Of a stretch of DNA of 64,000 nt, positions 44,689-55,795 are shown one piece after another. The notes beneath the pieces are model-generated. The model was not told where the DNA came from, did not search any database, and saw nothing but the letters and a program-made list of their open reading frames with translations. Every line of letters begins with the position of its first letter. Within the stretch, counting starts at the first letter, position 1. This DNA is from Cyanidioschyzon merolae (taxonomy: Eukaryota), in assembly GCA_000091205.1 (NCBI GenBank), contig AP006495.2; one strand, given 5' to 3'. Both the position numbers and the translations under genes were made by a program.

Positions 44689-46047
44689 ATGGACGCCCAA
44701 AAGGTGACCGCGTCGGCGCCGTACGCCTCTCGGCTTGATCCGCGCACAGCAGGCGTCTCTTTTCCGGAACAAGGCGATGTACAGAGCCCTGCAGAGAACG
44801 AGGGCTCCGCGGTATGCCCACCGCGCCAGACCTCGCTCGGTACGAAGAGCCTGGGAGCGAATATCTTGTTTGGCGGCTTGGCCGGTGTAACTGGTACCAC
44901 GATAATTTTTCCGCTGTACACACTGAAGACCCACTTGATGACTGATACGGGCTCGCGCGAGTGCAGAGGATCATCGGAGTCTGCGGCTGTTTATAACACA
45001 GCGAGCAAAGCAGAGCCCGTTAGGGGTAACGCGGTCTCAACCGGGACCGCGAATCCAACCAGCAGTACAGGACCCGCCCTGGCTACCGAAGCGGCCAAGC
45101 ATACATCAACGTTAGCCGTTAAGGATACGGCTTGTACAGATAGCCATGCTAAGTTACCAACAGTGGAAGCTGCTGCCCCGGCCAGATCATCCAAAGTCGC
45201 ATCGAACGGGTCCAGAGGCCCAGCTGCCGCTTCGCAAAGCACGCTCGCGTCGACTCCGCGGACGAATGCCTTGAAAGCTGCCTCGCTTTTGAAGCGACGA
45301 CCGCGGCTGGTCGAAACGCTCCAGCAGATTCTTCGCTCTCAGGGAGTACGCGGCCTCTACCGTGGCCTGACGCCGGTACTCATTGGGGTCGCGCCTGAGA
45401 AGGCGATCAAACTTGCCGCGAATGATTTTTTCGTGAGCGAGTTTAAGGAGCGGTCACCGAATCCGCATGGACCCCTATCTGTGAAGCAAGGCATGCTGGC
45501 CGGTGCAGGTGCCGGTCTGTGTCAAGTGATAGCGACCAATCCCATGGAAGTGTTGATGATTACGATGCAGACTCGTGCGGCGCATGGCCATCCGCAACAC
45601 AGCGTCACGGATACGATTCGTATGCTGGGTTTGCGCGGTCTCTACCGTGGGGTCAGCGCCACACTCACAAGAGATATCCCTTTTAGTATGGTCTTTTTCG
45701 GAATGAATACTAGTTTGAAGGAGCGACTTTCACTGCATTACCAAGGGGGTCTGCCGATGCGGATTGTTTTCGGCGTAGGGATCCTGTCAGGTGTGACGGC
45801 AGCTGCGCTCAGCACGCCATTTGATGTTGTGAAAACTCGGATACAGAGCGGCGTTCGGGACAGACATGGTAGATCGTATCATTCGGTAGTGAACACGCTC
45901 GTACGGGTGGTTCGAGAGGAGGGTTTTCGGGCTCTCTGGAGTGGCGCTGTTCCGCGCGTCATGATTGTTGGCCCTTTGTTTGGGATTACGCTACTTTTTT
46001 ATGAACTTCAGCAGAGATTGGCACAGTCGGCACATCAGCGAACTTGA
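44689..46047 (+). CDS. Mitochondrial carrier family (SLC25) protein with Ala/Ser/Thr-rich insertion
   Basis: Three carrier repeats: LFGGLAGVTGTTIIFPLYTLKTHLM, GLYRGLTPVLIGVAPEKAIKLAANDFF, PFDVVKTRIQSG, GAVPRVMIVGPLFGITLLFYE. An insert of about 110 aa of low complexity lies between repeats 1 and 2. Substrate class not assignable. Confidence 0.75.
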   Translation: MDAQKVTASAPYASRLDPRTAGVSFPEQGDVQSPAENEGSAVCPPRQTSLGTKSLGANILFGGLAGVTGTTIIFPLYTLKTHLMTDTGSRECRGSSESAAVYNTASKAEPVRGNAVSTGTANPTSSTGPALATEAAKHTSTLAVKDTACTDSHAKLPTVEAAAPARSSKVASNGSRGPAAASQSTLASTPRTNALKAASLLKRRPRLVETLQQILRSQGVRGLYRGLTPVLIGVAPEKAIKLAANDFFVSEFKERSPNPHGPLSVKQGMLAGAGAGLCQVIATNPMEVLMITMQTRAAHGHPQHSVTDTIRMLGLRGLYRGVSATLTRDIPFSMVFFGMNTSLKERLSLHYQGGLPMRIVFGVGILSGVTAAALSTPFDVVKTRIQSGVRDRHGRSYHSVVNTLVRVVREEGFRALWSGAVPRVMIVGPLFGITLLFYELQQRLAQSAHQRT

Positions 46048-46326
46048 ATACTCGTGCTCGGCACTCGTGAATGACACGCAGCTGTCCACCGTTGCCGGCA
46101 TGCAGACGATGCATTGATGACGAGGCTGCTGGTACAGCGAGCCATTGCTGTGCGGACTGGATGCAATTCGCATTGCTGTCACAACGGTGGCGCATGCGTG
46201 ACGCCTACGTGTCCATAGCAATGCGTGCTGGTGCATGGACCCGTGCCACGCACGCACTCGATCTGTGCGTGCACATGCGACGTACTGCAGCGCAAGACTT
46301 GCTGAGCGATCATTCGCGCTGCCCGA

Positions 46327-46354
46327 TGCACTGCACTGCACTGCACTGCACTGC
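46327..46354. repeat. (TGCAC)5 pentanucleotide microsatellite
   Basis: gcactgcactgcactgcactgca. Confidence 0.8.
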
Positions 46355-46981
46355 ATGATGCATTCGCGTTTGGCGCGGGACCAGCATCGACTGGTGCTTC
46401 ACATGACGCACGTGTCCATTCAACAGCGTAGACGCGTTGCTGCTGTTACGACTGCTTCTGCAGAGCCGTCGGGGTTATGGATCGCTCGCTGGCGGCGTCG
46501 CCGGAAGCAGCGCGCTGCGATCGCCGGGCGATACACGGCGCCAGCCGCGTGCACGTTGATAATCAGCCTATTGCTGTCGCTATGCGATGGAAAAGGGTGT
46601 GGTGCTGTACCCCGCGAACCCACATGAAACGCATGTAAAGAGAGCGTGCTGCATCCAGAAGCACACTGCCGCTGCTCCATCCAAGACGCAAGCACCGAAC
46701 ATGTACGGGATACAGGCATCTGTTTCTTTCATCATAGTTTACATCAGTCTGTACAGAATTCTGAATGGATTCGCGATCGACGCTTGCATACCGTGGCCTG
46801 CGCAAATGCAGACGTTCGTCAGTAGCGCAGATTCTGCAGAGGTAAACGTTTCAGCAAATCGCCGCGGGTGTTGGCAGCTGCGGCTTCTTGAATGCCGCTG
46901 TCGGCACAGGCGCGCCACCAGCCGCGATGACGCGCCTCGCTTTCGATACATAGACAATGGTGTGTCCACGGTGGCGGCCGG

Positions 46982-48109
46982 CTATTCGCTTTGCTGCAGC
47001 GAGGTTGGCTCGGTCTGGCCCTCCGTTGATGGCGTTGTTGCGGCCTGCGTGCCGGACGACACGACCCTGCACGACGGCAACGCAGGCTGTTGACCACGAG
47101 TCGCTTGGTGCTGTCGTCTCGCTGCCCATCCAAGGCGCACTGCATGACCCAGTAGGAGTAGGCACACTGTGCCGCTCAGCGCCGTGTATGCAGATACACC
47201 ATGCGCACTCGAGACCGCCATGCTCGCCTCTAGACCCGCGAGTGCGCTGAGCCAGCCATAGAAAAATACCCAGTAGGGAGAGAGGGCTTGCTCCTCCTCG
47301 AGACGCCATGCACTGCCCTGCTGCAATGCCTGCCGACTCGGAAGCGCTGCGCCAGCGCTCTCATCAAACCATACAAGTGACGTGCGTTCGGCGTGTTTGG
47401 GAGCCGCACCTGACCGGGGCACTGGTGTATGCGGTGATCCGCGCAGCAAAGACTCGATCTCGTCCTGTGTCTGACGGAGGACGCGAGCGCGCTCTTGCGC
47501 GGCTTCCAGGCGCTCCTCGACCTGTGCCCACGAGGGTGCTAGCTCGTTAGCGCGCCGATCCATCTCTTCCGTCCGCAAGGTCAGCCGCTCTCGATAGCTG
47601 TCGAAAAGCAGCTGCAGCTTCTCGCGGAGTTTCACGAGCTCGACAGCCACCAGTAAGTCGATCCGATCGATCGCCCGTTGCCGAGCAAGCTCCACCCTCA
47701 GCTGACCCTCGAGCGACTCCTGCAGTCTTCGGTGTATCTCTGAGAGCAGACGCTCCGCTAAGGCTTCGGTCGACGCAGACACCTGCACGTCCACGTCGTC
47801 GTCGCTGCGAGGTACCCGTTCTGCGTCCTCGGAGCCAGGACTGGGTTCTGAAACCGCCTGAACCACTGCTGGTGCGACGGACGCACTACGGGAGGTGTAC
47901 GGACGCCATCGCCGCCACCGCTTCCGCGGCAGCAGCGCAGCAGACTCGCACCCAGACTTTTGGACAGCGCAACGACGTCCGCTGCGTCCGTACGCGGGGC
48001 TGGGACGCACCACCCGCGTCACGAAACTGGGCACTGTTCGGGTCGGGCCACCAACGTGGTTGTTTCCATTCAGTACTGACCAACATAGTGAGTTCGGTTC
48101 CGGGTCCAT
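46982..48109 (-). CDS. Hypothetical coiled-coil protein with C-terminal transmembrane segments (375 aa)
   Basis: Long Glu/Arg/Leu-rich heptad-like region (ELARQRAIDRIDLLVAVELVKLREKLQLLFDSYRERLTL...) followed by two hydrophobic helices (WVFFYGWLSALAGL, VCLLLLGHAV). No family assigned. Confidence 0.35.
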   Translation of the reverse strand: MDPEPNSLCWSVLNGNNHVGGPTRTVPSFVTRVVRPSPAYGRSGRRCAVQKSGCESAALLPRKRWRRWRPYTSRSASVAPAVVQAVSEPSPGSEDAERVPRSDDDVDVQVSASTEALAERLLSEIHRRLQESLEGQLRVELARQRAIDRIDLLVAVELVKLREKLQLLFDSYRERLTLRTEEMDRRANELAPSWAQVEERLEAAQERARVLRQTQDEIESLLRGSPHTPVPRSGAAPKHAERTSLVWFDESAGAALPSRQALQQGSAWRLEEEQALSPYWVFFYGWLSALAGLEASMAVSSAHGVSAYTALSGTVCLLLLGHAVRLGWAARRQHQATRGQQPALPSCRVVSSGTQAATTPSTEGQTEPTSLQQSE

Positions 48110-48875
48110 AAAGTCGTATCAGCGTTCGCCGGATAACGCACGAACGCGTTCAAAGCACCGCTTTCGAAGCGGAATGTAGTCAGGCGCGTTTAAAGAGCCG
48201 CAGCACGCAGCGAGATTGCCGCGTTGTCCAACGTGTGTCGCTGCGACAGCGCGCCAGAAATTCCTGTACAATTGCGATGCACGTGCTGCTGCTGCTGCTG
48301 GAGGGCAGCGCTTGACGCTCCAGCAGGCTGGCGATATGCAGCACGCTCGGACGACGTCGTGGTGAATACTATCCCGAAGGTATCCGTGGTGCAGGCTGCA
48401 ACATGCGGTTTGTGGTGTTGCATGGCAGTGGATTGCCGACCTTGCTCCCGTCGGGGTATCGGTGCATACTCCGGTGTCCATCACGCGATGCCGACAGCAC
48501 GTGATGCATCACGCCAGAGCCGGGAAACGGAAACCTGTGTTTCTGCGCTTGTGCGACTCGGGTATTGCTGGGCATAACATCTGCTGGGATGCCTGCTGAG
48601 CACCGATGCGGCCTGTTCGCCCTAGCGTCGCAAAGCCTAGTATCCGCAACAAATGGCAGCGTCTCTTGCCAAGTAGACCTGTTCGGGAAAACAGAAAAGG
48701 CGTCAGACGTATTCGCTGTGGATGCGTGTGGGCTTACGTACCCGTTTAGGGAACGCAACACCTCACAGGAGAATGTTATGAGCAAGCTTTCACGGATTTG
48801 AAAGCGATCGCTTGCAGTCAACATCTTCGATCAGCGGGCATCGGTGGAAGCCACACTGGAGGCATCATTCTATGA

Positions 48876-49168
48876 GCGAAAAGCATCACAGGCGCTTCCA
48901 GCAACCGCAGGCTATCCATAGGCTAGATCAGCGTCCATGCGAGCATGCCGTGTCACGAAATACCGTCACGAGTAATCAGCTGCACAAGGTATCGATGCTT
49001 CATCCGTAGACAATACAGAATGCGAAAAGCATCACAGGCGCTTCCAGCAACCACAGGCTATCCATAGGCTAGATCAGCGTCCATGCGAGCATGCCGTGTC
49101 ACGAAATACCGTCACGAGTAATCAGCTGCACAAGGTATCGATGCTTCATCCGTAGACGATAAAAAATG
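48876..49168. repeat. Tandem duplication, about 146 bp x 2 (over 95 % identity)
   Basis: Unit GCGAAAAGCATCACAGGCGCTTCCAGCAACCGCAGGCTATCCATAGGCTAGATCAGCGTCCATGCGAGCATGCCGTGTCACGAAATACCGTCACGAGTAATCAGCTGCACAAGGTATCGATGCTTCATCCGTAGAC repeated head-to-tail. Confidence 0.8.
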
Positions 49169-49437
49169 TATCACCAATGGCGGCCGATGCACTTTGCAGC
49201 AGAGGCCGCTGGACGGGAATGGCGACGCGCCCGGCCCCGCGAATCGTCGTAATTCGAACACGTGTTAGAGGCCTGGCAGCACCGATGCAACGCAACACAC
49301 TACGAGCTTTGCATGAACCGCAACTGGAACGTTGGGTGAGCTAGGTGCCCGCGACTCGACGCGACGCTGCCAGACGGTAGCTGGGTCGCACCGGCTGATG
49401 CAGGAGGCAGCGCAGCGTTGTACCTTTAAGCACCGCT

Positions 49438-50715
49438 ATGGGCAGTGGTGAAGGCACTACAGGGCGGGCGAATGTTATCTACAACTTTGCGATAGGCTCC
49501 AATGTGAACACGGAACGCCTTCGTACGCGAGCGCGCTGGCTTGGTGATCAAGCCGAAATCAAGTTCCTCAGTGCTGAGCCGGCGGTACTTCGCGGCTACC
49601 GCATCGTGTTCAACACGCCGGGGTTTCCCCCCGCAGAAGCAGCGTTCTGCTCCGTGCGAGCTTGTGAGTGTGGCGGCGGTAGGCGCTGCCCGAGCGAGGT
49701 GCACGGCGTGCTCTATGCATTCGACCGTGCTTCGTACGAGTTGCTTTGGGTGACTGAAGGAGGCCTTGGCGGGCGCGAGTACGGCTCCAGTTACGTGGAG
49801 CGGCGCGTGCACGTGGAGACCTACAGGCGTCCGGGGGTGCTCCACGAGGCGATCATCTTCGAGACACGGCCCAGTCGAACAGTGGAGACCTGGTATCGAC
49901 GCTGGCTACGACGTGACGTTTATCGACGACGCTGGCTCGCGAGCGAGTTCCGCTGCATTGCGACGAGTGCTATGGGTGCACTCGAACAAGAACTCGCTGC
50001 GCAACGCGTGGCGAATGCCGCGGATCAAGTTGCGTCCACTTCATGGTTGCCGAAAAACGGCAGTGCTGCGCTCCCGCTGTGGTATACGCAGCATGCGCAT
50101 GTGCTGGAGGTGACCCAGGCGTTGCCACAGGATCATTCCGATCGAATAGCACTGGAGATGGAACGAGTGCTCATTCGACCGTCCATGCGATACCTGGGTC
50201 TTATTCGGGACGGCGCTTTGCAGTCCGGACTCGATGCAGACTACAGGCGGTTGCTTGAAACCTATATGGTGCACTGGCGGGTGTCGTGTCCATGTGCAGC
50301 GCGACCGCAGCCACTCCAGGGGTGGCTTACGGTGTCTGTGAACATGTCGACGCCGGGGTTCTTCCGGTGGCTGTGGTGGGCGCACCTCACCGGTCGCAAG
50401 CGCGTTCTACGCTTTCTGTACCAGCTCTGGAATCGCTGGTTTCTACGGGTTCTCAGTTTCTTTGCGATGGAGCGCGAGTTACATGCGATGCGGCTGGCGC
50501 AGCGAACGCACGCCTGTATAGGGAAACCGCAAGTGCTTCTCCACTGGGTAGCGGTGTACTTTTGCAGTGTGATAATTTTGATATGGACGCTGCCGATTGC
50601 GCTCGCTGGGCTGCTTTATGGAAAGGGCAACTTCTTTCATGTGCGACCATCGACGCCGGCGCTTGTTCCAGGGAATGCTGCACCCGCAGCGCGGTCTGCG
50701 AATGTACACGCATAG
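49438..50715 (+). CDS. Gamma-glutamylcyclotransferase/AIG2-like domain protein fused to a C-terminal membrane region
   Basis: N-terminal VIYNFAIGSNVNTERLRTR...GYRIVFN resembles the YGSN..ERL core of the GGCT/AIG2-like fold. The C-terminal ~150 aa contain hydrophobic helices (VAVYFCSVIILIWTLPIALAGLLYG). Confidence 0.4.
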   Translation: MGSGEGTTGRANVIYNFAIGSNVNTERLRTRARWLGDQAEIKFLSAEPAVLRGYRIVFNTPGFPPAEAAFCSVRACECGGGRRCPSEVHGVLYAFDRASYELLWVTEGGLGGREYGSSYVERRVHVETYRRPGVLHEAIIFETRPSRTVETWYRRWLRRDVYRRRWLASEFRCIATSAMGALEQELAAQRVANAADQVASTSWLPKNGSAALPLWYTQHAHVLEVTQALPQDHSDRIALEMERVLIRPSMRYLGLIRDGALQSGLDADYRRLLETYMVHWRVSCPCAARPQPLQGWLTVSVNMSTPGFFRWLWWAHLTGRKRVLRFLYQLWNRWFLRVLSFFAMERELHAMRLAQRTHACIGKPQVLLHWVAVYFCSVIILIWTLPIALAGLLYGKGNFFHVRPSTPALVPGNAAPAARSANVHA

Positions 50716-52595
50716 GCCCGTGACTGGTAGGCGATGCTCGTTATTCCTTGCGGGGGCTTGTTTGCGTTTGCGCTCCAGGCCTGAGTTGCTGGTGCTGGTG
50801 CAGCTGAACGCCTGGTATGCACGCATGTTACCGCACCGGGTGCTACACGACGGAGACGCTTTTGTTTGCTGATACAAGTCGTAGGCCGAGCAAGATCGAC
50901 GAGCGATTTGGAAACGAAGAGTCGCATTTTATTGAAACTGTGAGAACGATCACGGAGGATTTTGAGGCTCTAGCTCGCGATAACTATTTTGTGTCGTATT
51001 GTGAGTGCTGAAAAGGACCCGGTCTCTGGCCCGTTGATGAATTGTAGGTAGAAGGCGGCAACCGATGAAGAACATGAGCTTTTCGTGGTTCCCATTTTGG
51101 TTACCTTTTATGGATATGCTGCGTAGTATCATCAGCGACATGGTGTTGTATATGATTTCATGAGCATTGCGTATCCCAGAATTCCGTCTGCGCTCATTCT
51201 GATTGAGATGCTCCGGTGAAACAGGCATTAGATGTCGTTCACGTGAACCGTAACGCCGAGTCTCCGTATGATGTCATTGGGAGGCTTTTTCTCTAGCTTC
51301 ATGCCGTAATTCCGCACAAGATGCAAAAGCCGTTGTACACAGCCCGATGAATATTCTGGCACGACTTTTTTCTCGATGAGCCTGAAGCTTTGTCAGAGCG
51401 ATGCAGCTTCTCCACATTCGCTGCCAGGCGAGTTGACGGTATGGACCTGTCACGTCGAGAGCAGCAAACATTCATTCAAAAGTGTGTGTATGTGTGCCGC
51501 TCACGCTTGCATAACCAGTACTGGAGTGATTTTATAGAGAAACTTATCCCAGGTTCACGCTCCTTATTGCATATTCTCGGGAATCGGTATGCTTTCTGGG
51601 CACGATGCCCGATCGCCTTGGCGGCTCTAAATGCCTCTGTGAGGTACCTCGACGAATGCGTATCGCAGTGCACGGCAGACTATACAATGGATCATAGGCG
51701 CGTTCACGAATCTTGCGTGGACATTGGACGATTGCGCTCACGAGCTACGCAACCTAGAATCGGGGCGGACGCCACGAATGCTTGGATTCAGAAGTGCGAA
51801 ACGATACCCATTGACATCCAGCTCTTGACCGCAGGTTGAATCGAATTGTCTCTGAAACACGCGCTTTTTGGATCGAATCACTATCTCATGATGCAAAAGT
51901 CGGAAACCGGCCACGAGGCGTGGAGTCCACCGTTGATCTTTTATGCACGGCACATGCGCCGCTGGCTGATCACTTTAACGTGATCTATCTACAAAGTTCG
52001 GCAGACTCGTGCGCATATGTACGTCTGGGACAGTGACTCGGCCTTGCTGGATTGCCGCACATACCCAGACACCACCACGTAGGTACTCGCCGCGATCGCA
52101 TTTGCACCGAGTGCATCCAGCGCACAACTTTTTGGACGGCGCTCTAGTTGGAGACGACAGTTCATGGCTGTCTGTCTGCTCTCTCGTTCCCGAGCGCCGA
52201 GAACATGGCAACGCAACCCTCTTTTCGACGTTGCGTTTGCAGCGGTGGATCCACTGGCGATGCCGCTGAGGCGACTCTAAAATCGCGCTCAAAATTGGTA
52301 TCGCCTCACTAAGGCCACCGTACAGCGAATCGTCCCACTGACGCACTACATGCATCACGCGCATAAACGATAACTGGGAATCGATGCAAGAATATCGGCG
52401 ATCGCAGTCACTTTCACTTGTGTGCTCATGGACCGCTAACGTTGTCGCCAACAAGCCGTACGCGCTCCGCACATTGCTGCTGCTCATAGCATCACGCTGC
52501 GTTCCAAAACGGAGCCGCTTCGACTGTTTCCAGCGGCATCCATGAAAGTGCCCGCCAGGCCGCAGTGATTCATGCCCTGGCAAGCGCACAACCGC

Positions 52596-52911
52596 TCACT
52601 GCGATTCGATGTGATCACTGAGGCCCTGGGCGGAGCGCTCACCAGACGCTTGTCGCTCGATACGCTGGCGTTCATCGTCGTATGCACTGGCGCGGCCCGC
52701 TCGCCCCGGAAGCGCTCGATGCGATATCGCAGTCGCTGCGGCGGGCTCGAGACCTCTCCAGCCTCGCCGCTGCAGACGCCCGCCCGCAAAGTCCGAACCG
52801 TGCGCCTCGTTGACAGACAGTACAGCTGAATCGCGTAAAGTGCCCACAGCAGCGCAGTCGCTTATCTGTTCATTGGAATGCGGATCGTGCTGGTGCGCTC
52901 CCGCTGCACTC

Positions 52912-52943
<32 letters not shown>

Positions 52944-53747
52944 CGGGAGGCTCCATCCGGCAATGACCTCCAAGTTGAATGTGTATCGCGCCGGGTCGGT
53001 ACACGCTGACGCCAGGGCCGCCTCATCGGCGATGCTGCACATGATACACGTCTCATAGGGGGTAATGATCGGCTTCCAGTATGCATCGAGACAGGATGCA
53101 ATCGCCCTAAAGTACCCAAGATCACAGAACAGAACGAAAACATCGATTTCAGCGAAATTCGCGAGTTTCTCTGGGGTCAAACTCGTCATATGGAGACAGT
53201 ACACGTTCCGTTCATTGCGTTGCAAAAGCTCCTGTACGCGAGTCACTGCTTCTAGGCAGAATGGTAGGCTGAGATTCACTGTGAGCAGCCCGAATATTCG
53301 AGCGGTTTCTCGAGTGCTTCGCACCACTGCGAACCTCTTCCGCAGAAAGCGGTCTGGCAGTTGTGTAGCGCTTGCCTCCCGTTCGCGAATGCGAGATTCA
53401 CAAACCAGCCTGAGGGAACGATCGACGTAGATCACAGGTAGATCGGAGAGAACACGGCGGCCTTCGTCAGTAGCCTGGAAGTAGATGAGCGCGTCAGCGC
53501 TTGCCCGTAAACCCGATACCTCTTCGCGTTCGAGGGGACCGCTCTGCTCCAGCGACAAAAAGAGCTCGATTTCCGATTCATCTGGTTGTGCCTGTCGCCA
53601 AAGCTCATCCTGAAGCAGCCACAGCAGCTTTGGTGCGCTAACCAGCAGCTCCGTGTCAAAGCGACAGACGAGGCGGCGTACCCTTCGAGCTCGCAACGCC
53701 CTCGCTAACTCCGTGATTGCCGCCCGATCTCCCACGGTCTCAACCAT
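52596..53747 (-). CDS. Diphthamide biosynthesis Dph1/Dph2-family protein (Dph2-like)
   Basis: RRLVCRFDTELL resembles the N-terminal kRVALQFPDeLL block, and FAEIDVFVLFCDLGYF...YWKPIITPYE matches the conserved iDvfV..C...KPllTPyE C-terminal block. Contains an internal poly-Ser tract encoded by (GAT)n. Confidence 0.55.
52912..52944. repeat. (GAT)11 trinucleotide microsatellite inside the Dph2-like CDS (poly-Ser on the coding strand)
   Basis: gatgatgatgatgatgatgatgatgatgatgatgac. Confidence 0.85.
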
Positions 53748-54002
53748 AGGGCCGAGACAATCCCACGAGATTCCTGAGTTAGGGCGTGCTCTCTGGTCCA
53801 GAGACCAATGTTGAACTTGCAGAGACGTTCCCGGAACTGCAACAATACCTGCGTTCTACGAAGCGAAAACGCTTCACGGCCACGGGATCAATGAATACCC
53901 TACGTGCAGATGCCTCCCAGTCGCTTCCGACCGGCCACCTGTTATCGGTTTCAGCTGGTCGTCATGCAACTCGACCCTGAGAGGCTGCTCCACAAAGTTG
54001 GA

Positions 54003-54212
54003 TCACGTCAACTCCTCTGGCCTCGTCCTCAACACAATACATAGTCTGACATTGATGTCGGCGTTGACGTCTCGGTTCACGAACTGCATGCGTTTATTGC
54101 CGCTGGCGGAACGCATCAATGCAGGGATTCCTCGAACTCGCGCCCTCTGTGCCACTAAAGTCTCTTCATCGTCCCGTCGGGCTAACATTGCTTCTCGCCT
54201 GTCTCCGCTCTA
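54003..54212 (-). pseudogene. Short Fanzor1-like RuvC-III fragment
   Basis: ...VRGIPALMRSASGNKRMQFVNRDVNADINVRLCIVLRTRPEELT* is collinear with the 41.3 kb relic (VRGLLALVSTTSDGKKCMEFVNRDSNAAINTRRCAVLETRPPDFT) at about 60 % aa identity and about 65 % nt identity. The frame closes about 8 codons upstream. Confidence 0.4.
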
Positions 54213-54652
54213 GTTTTTCTTCTTCTTCGCCGTCAAATGCTCTTCGTCGCTCGATGGTCGGCAGAAAGAGAATTTTCTAGTTCTTTTTTCTCGGTAATCG
54301 GCGACACCTGGCTTCCAGGAACCTCGACTTTTATCCCTAGACCTTTTCCATCATCATTTCATTTCTGCATATGAACGAACTTGGGATCCATCTGCGATCA
54401 ACCGCGAAAAAGCATGTAACAAGACGATCCTGGGAGTGAAATACAAATGAGTTGAGAGTCTACAAGCCCGCAACGCCTGCACATCACAGAATCCCGAGAC
54501 TCTCCATCGAGAGGGTAGCGTTCGGAAAGGCATCGAGCGTGCGTGCGCGCATGGAGACGGCGGTCACGGAATTCCCCGACTCTTCTGTCGCAAAGCGACG
54601 CTTGTTTCCCGCGCTTTTTTATGAGCACTGAATCCGCCAGATAAAATCTTCC

Positions 54653-55795
54653 ATGGTGCAAGTTGAGCTACCGGTTGTGGACATCAGTTCGTATCGTTGT
54701 TACCATAACGAAACTGGTTCTGCCAACAGTAGCAATGCTTCGCTTCCTGTGGATATTGAGCGCGAGTGCTTTTGCATCGCCCAAGCGCTGGCTCGCTACG
54801 GGGCAGTTGTTATCAGAGACACCACGGTTTCTGCGGAAGAGAACAATGCCTTCATCGAGCTTATGGCCTCATATTTCGCGCACCCTGACAAGGCAGAAGA
54901 CGCACGGCCTCAGCTGAACTATCAAGTGGGCTGGACACCAGCCTTTACAGAGCGACCCCGACCCATTCCTGCGGACTTTCACGGCGATGCGCCGGTCACG
55001 CCCCGACCTCAATCGGTACCGCCCATTACCTCACAGGATCCGAAAGAGCGGTTTCTATGGCGCATCGGTCCGCGCCCTGCGACTTCACGTTTTCCAGAAC
55101 AAAACGCACCGCCAGTAGTTCCTCGACGCTTTGCCGAACGTTGGTCGCAGATCATGGACCGCTGGGGACATCGCCTCCTAGATGCGATTCAGCTCGTTGC
55201 AGAGATGGTCGCATTGGGACTCGGACTGGGGCGCGACGCCTTTACATCCCGCATGAAAGACGGACCGCACCTGCTGGCACCAACCGGCTCGAATTTGAGC
55301 GGTCTCCTGGACAGACCGAATACCGTCTTGGCTGGCTTTCACTATGATTTGTGCTTCCTCACCATTCATGGGAAATCGAATGCCCCTGGCCTGTATCTGT
55401 GGACAAGAGAGGGTTCTCGTTTCCCAGCGAAAGTGCCGCCGGGATGTCTCCTAGTACAGGCGGGGCTGGAGTTGGAGTGGTTAACAGGCGGTCTCATTCA
55501 GCGCGGCTACCATGAAGTAGTTGCGGATGAGGCGGCCTTGGCGCTTGCAAAGGCTCATATGGAGCAGCAGCATGATGCAACTGGGAAGCAACGTCGTCCA
55601 TTCTGGCGCATTAGTTCGACGCTTTTCGCGCACATTGCTTCAGATCAGGTTCTTGAACCGCTTGCGGGTTTGGCGGGCGTGACGGACTCGAGCCGTGTCA
55701 AGTATCCCCCTATTTTGGCAGGCGACCTTGTTCGGCGGGAGCTCATGGCGATTTCGTTGTGTCCATCTGCGACTGCAACGGACACAGCGTCGTGA
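54653..55795 (+). CDS. 2-oxoglutarate/Fe(II)-dependent dioxygenase (IPNS-like / DIOX_N family)
   Basis: N-terminal LPVVDISS...AQALARYGAVVIRDT (DIOX_N-like); facial triad HYDLCFLTIH (HxD) with distal GYHEVV; RISSTLF provides the Arg-x-Ser 2OG-binding motif. Confidence 0.55.
   Translation: MVQVELPVVDISSYRCYHNETGSANSSNASLPVDIERECFCIAQALARYGAVVIRDTTVSAEENNAFIELMASYFAHPDKAEDARPQLNYQVGWTPAFTERPRPIPADFHGDAPVTPRPQSVPPITSQDPKERFLWRIGPRPATSRFPEQNAPPVVPRRFAERWSQIMDRWGHRLLDAIQLVAEMVALGLGLGRDAFTSRMKDGPHLLAPTGSNLSGLLDRPNTVLAGFHYDLCFLTIHGKSNAPGLYLWTREGSRFPAKVPPGCLLVQAGLELEWLTGGLIQRGYHEVVADEAALALAKAHMEQQHDATGKQRRPFWRISSTLFAHIASDQVLEPLAGLAGVTDSSRVKYPPILAGDLVRRELMAISLCPSATATDTAS

Noticed and set aside
52810-53058. 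Plus-strand ORF with a poly-Asp run
   Set aside because: It is the mirror-strand reading of the (GAT)n tract inside the Dph2-like gene; the minus-strand frame is the conserved one.
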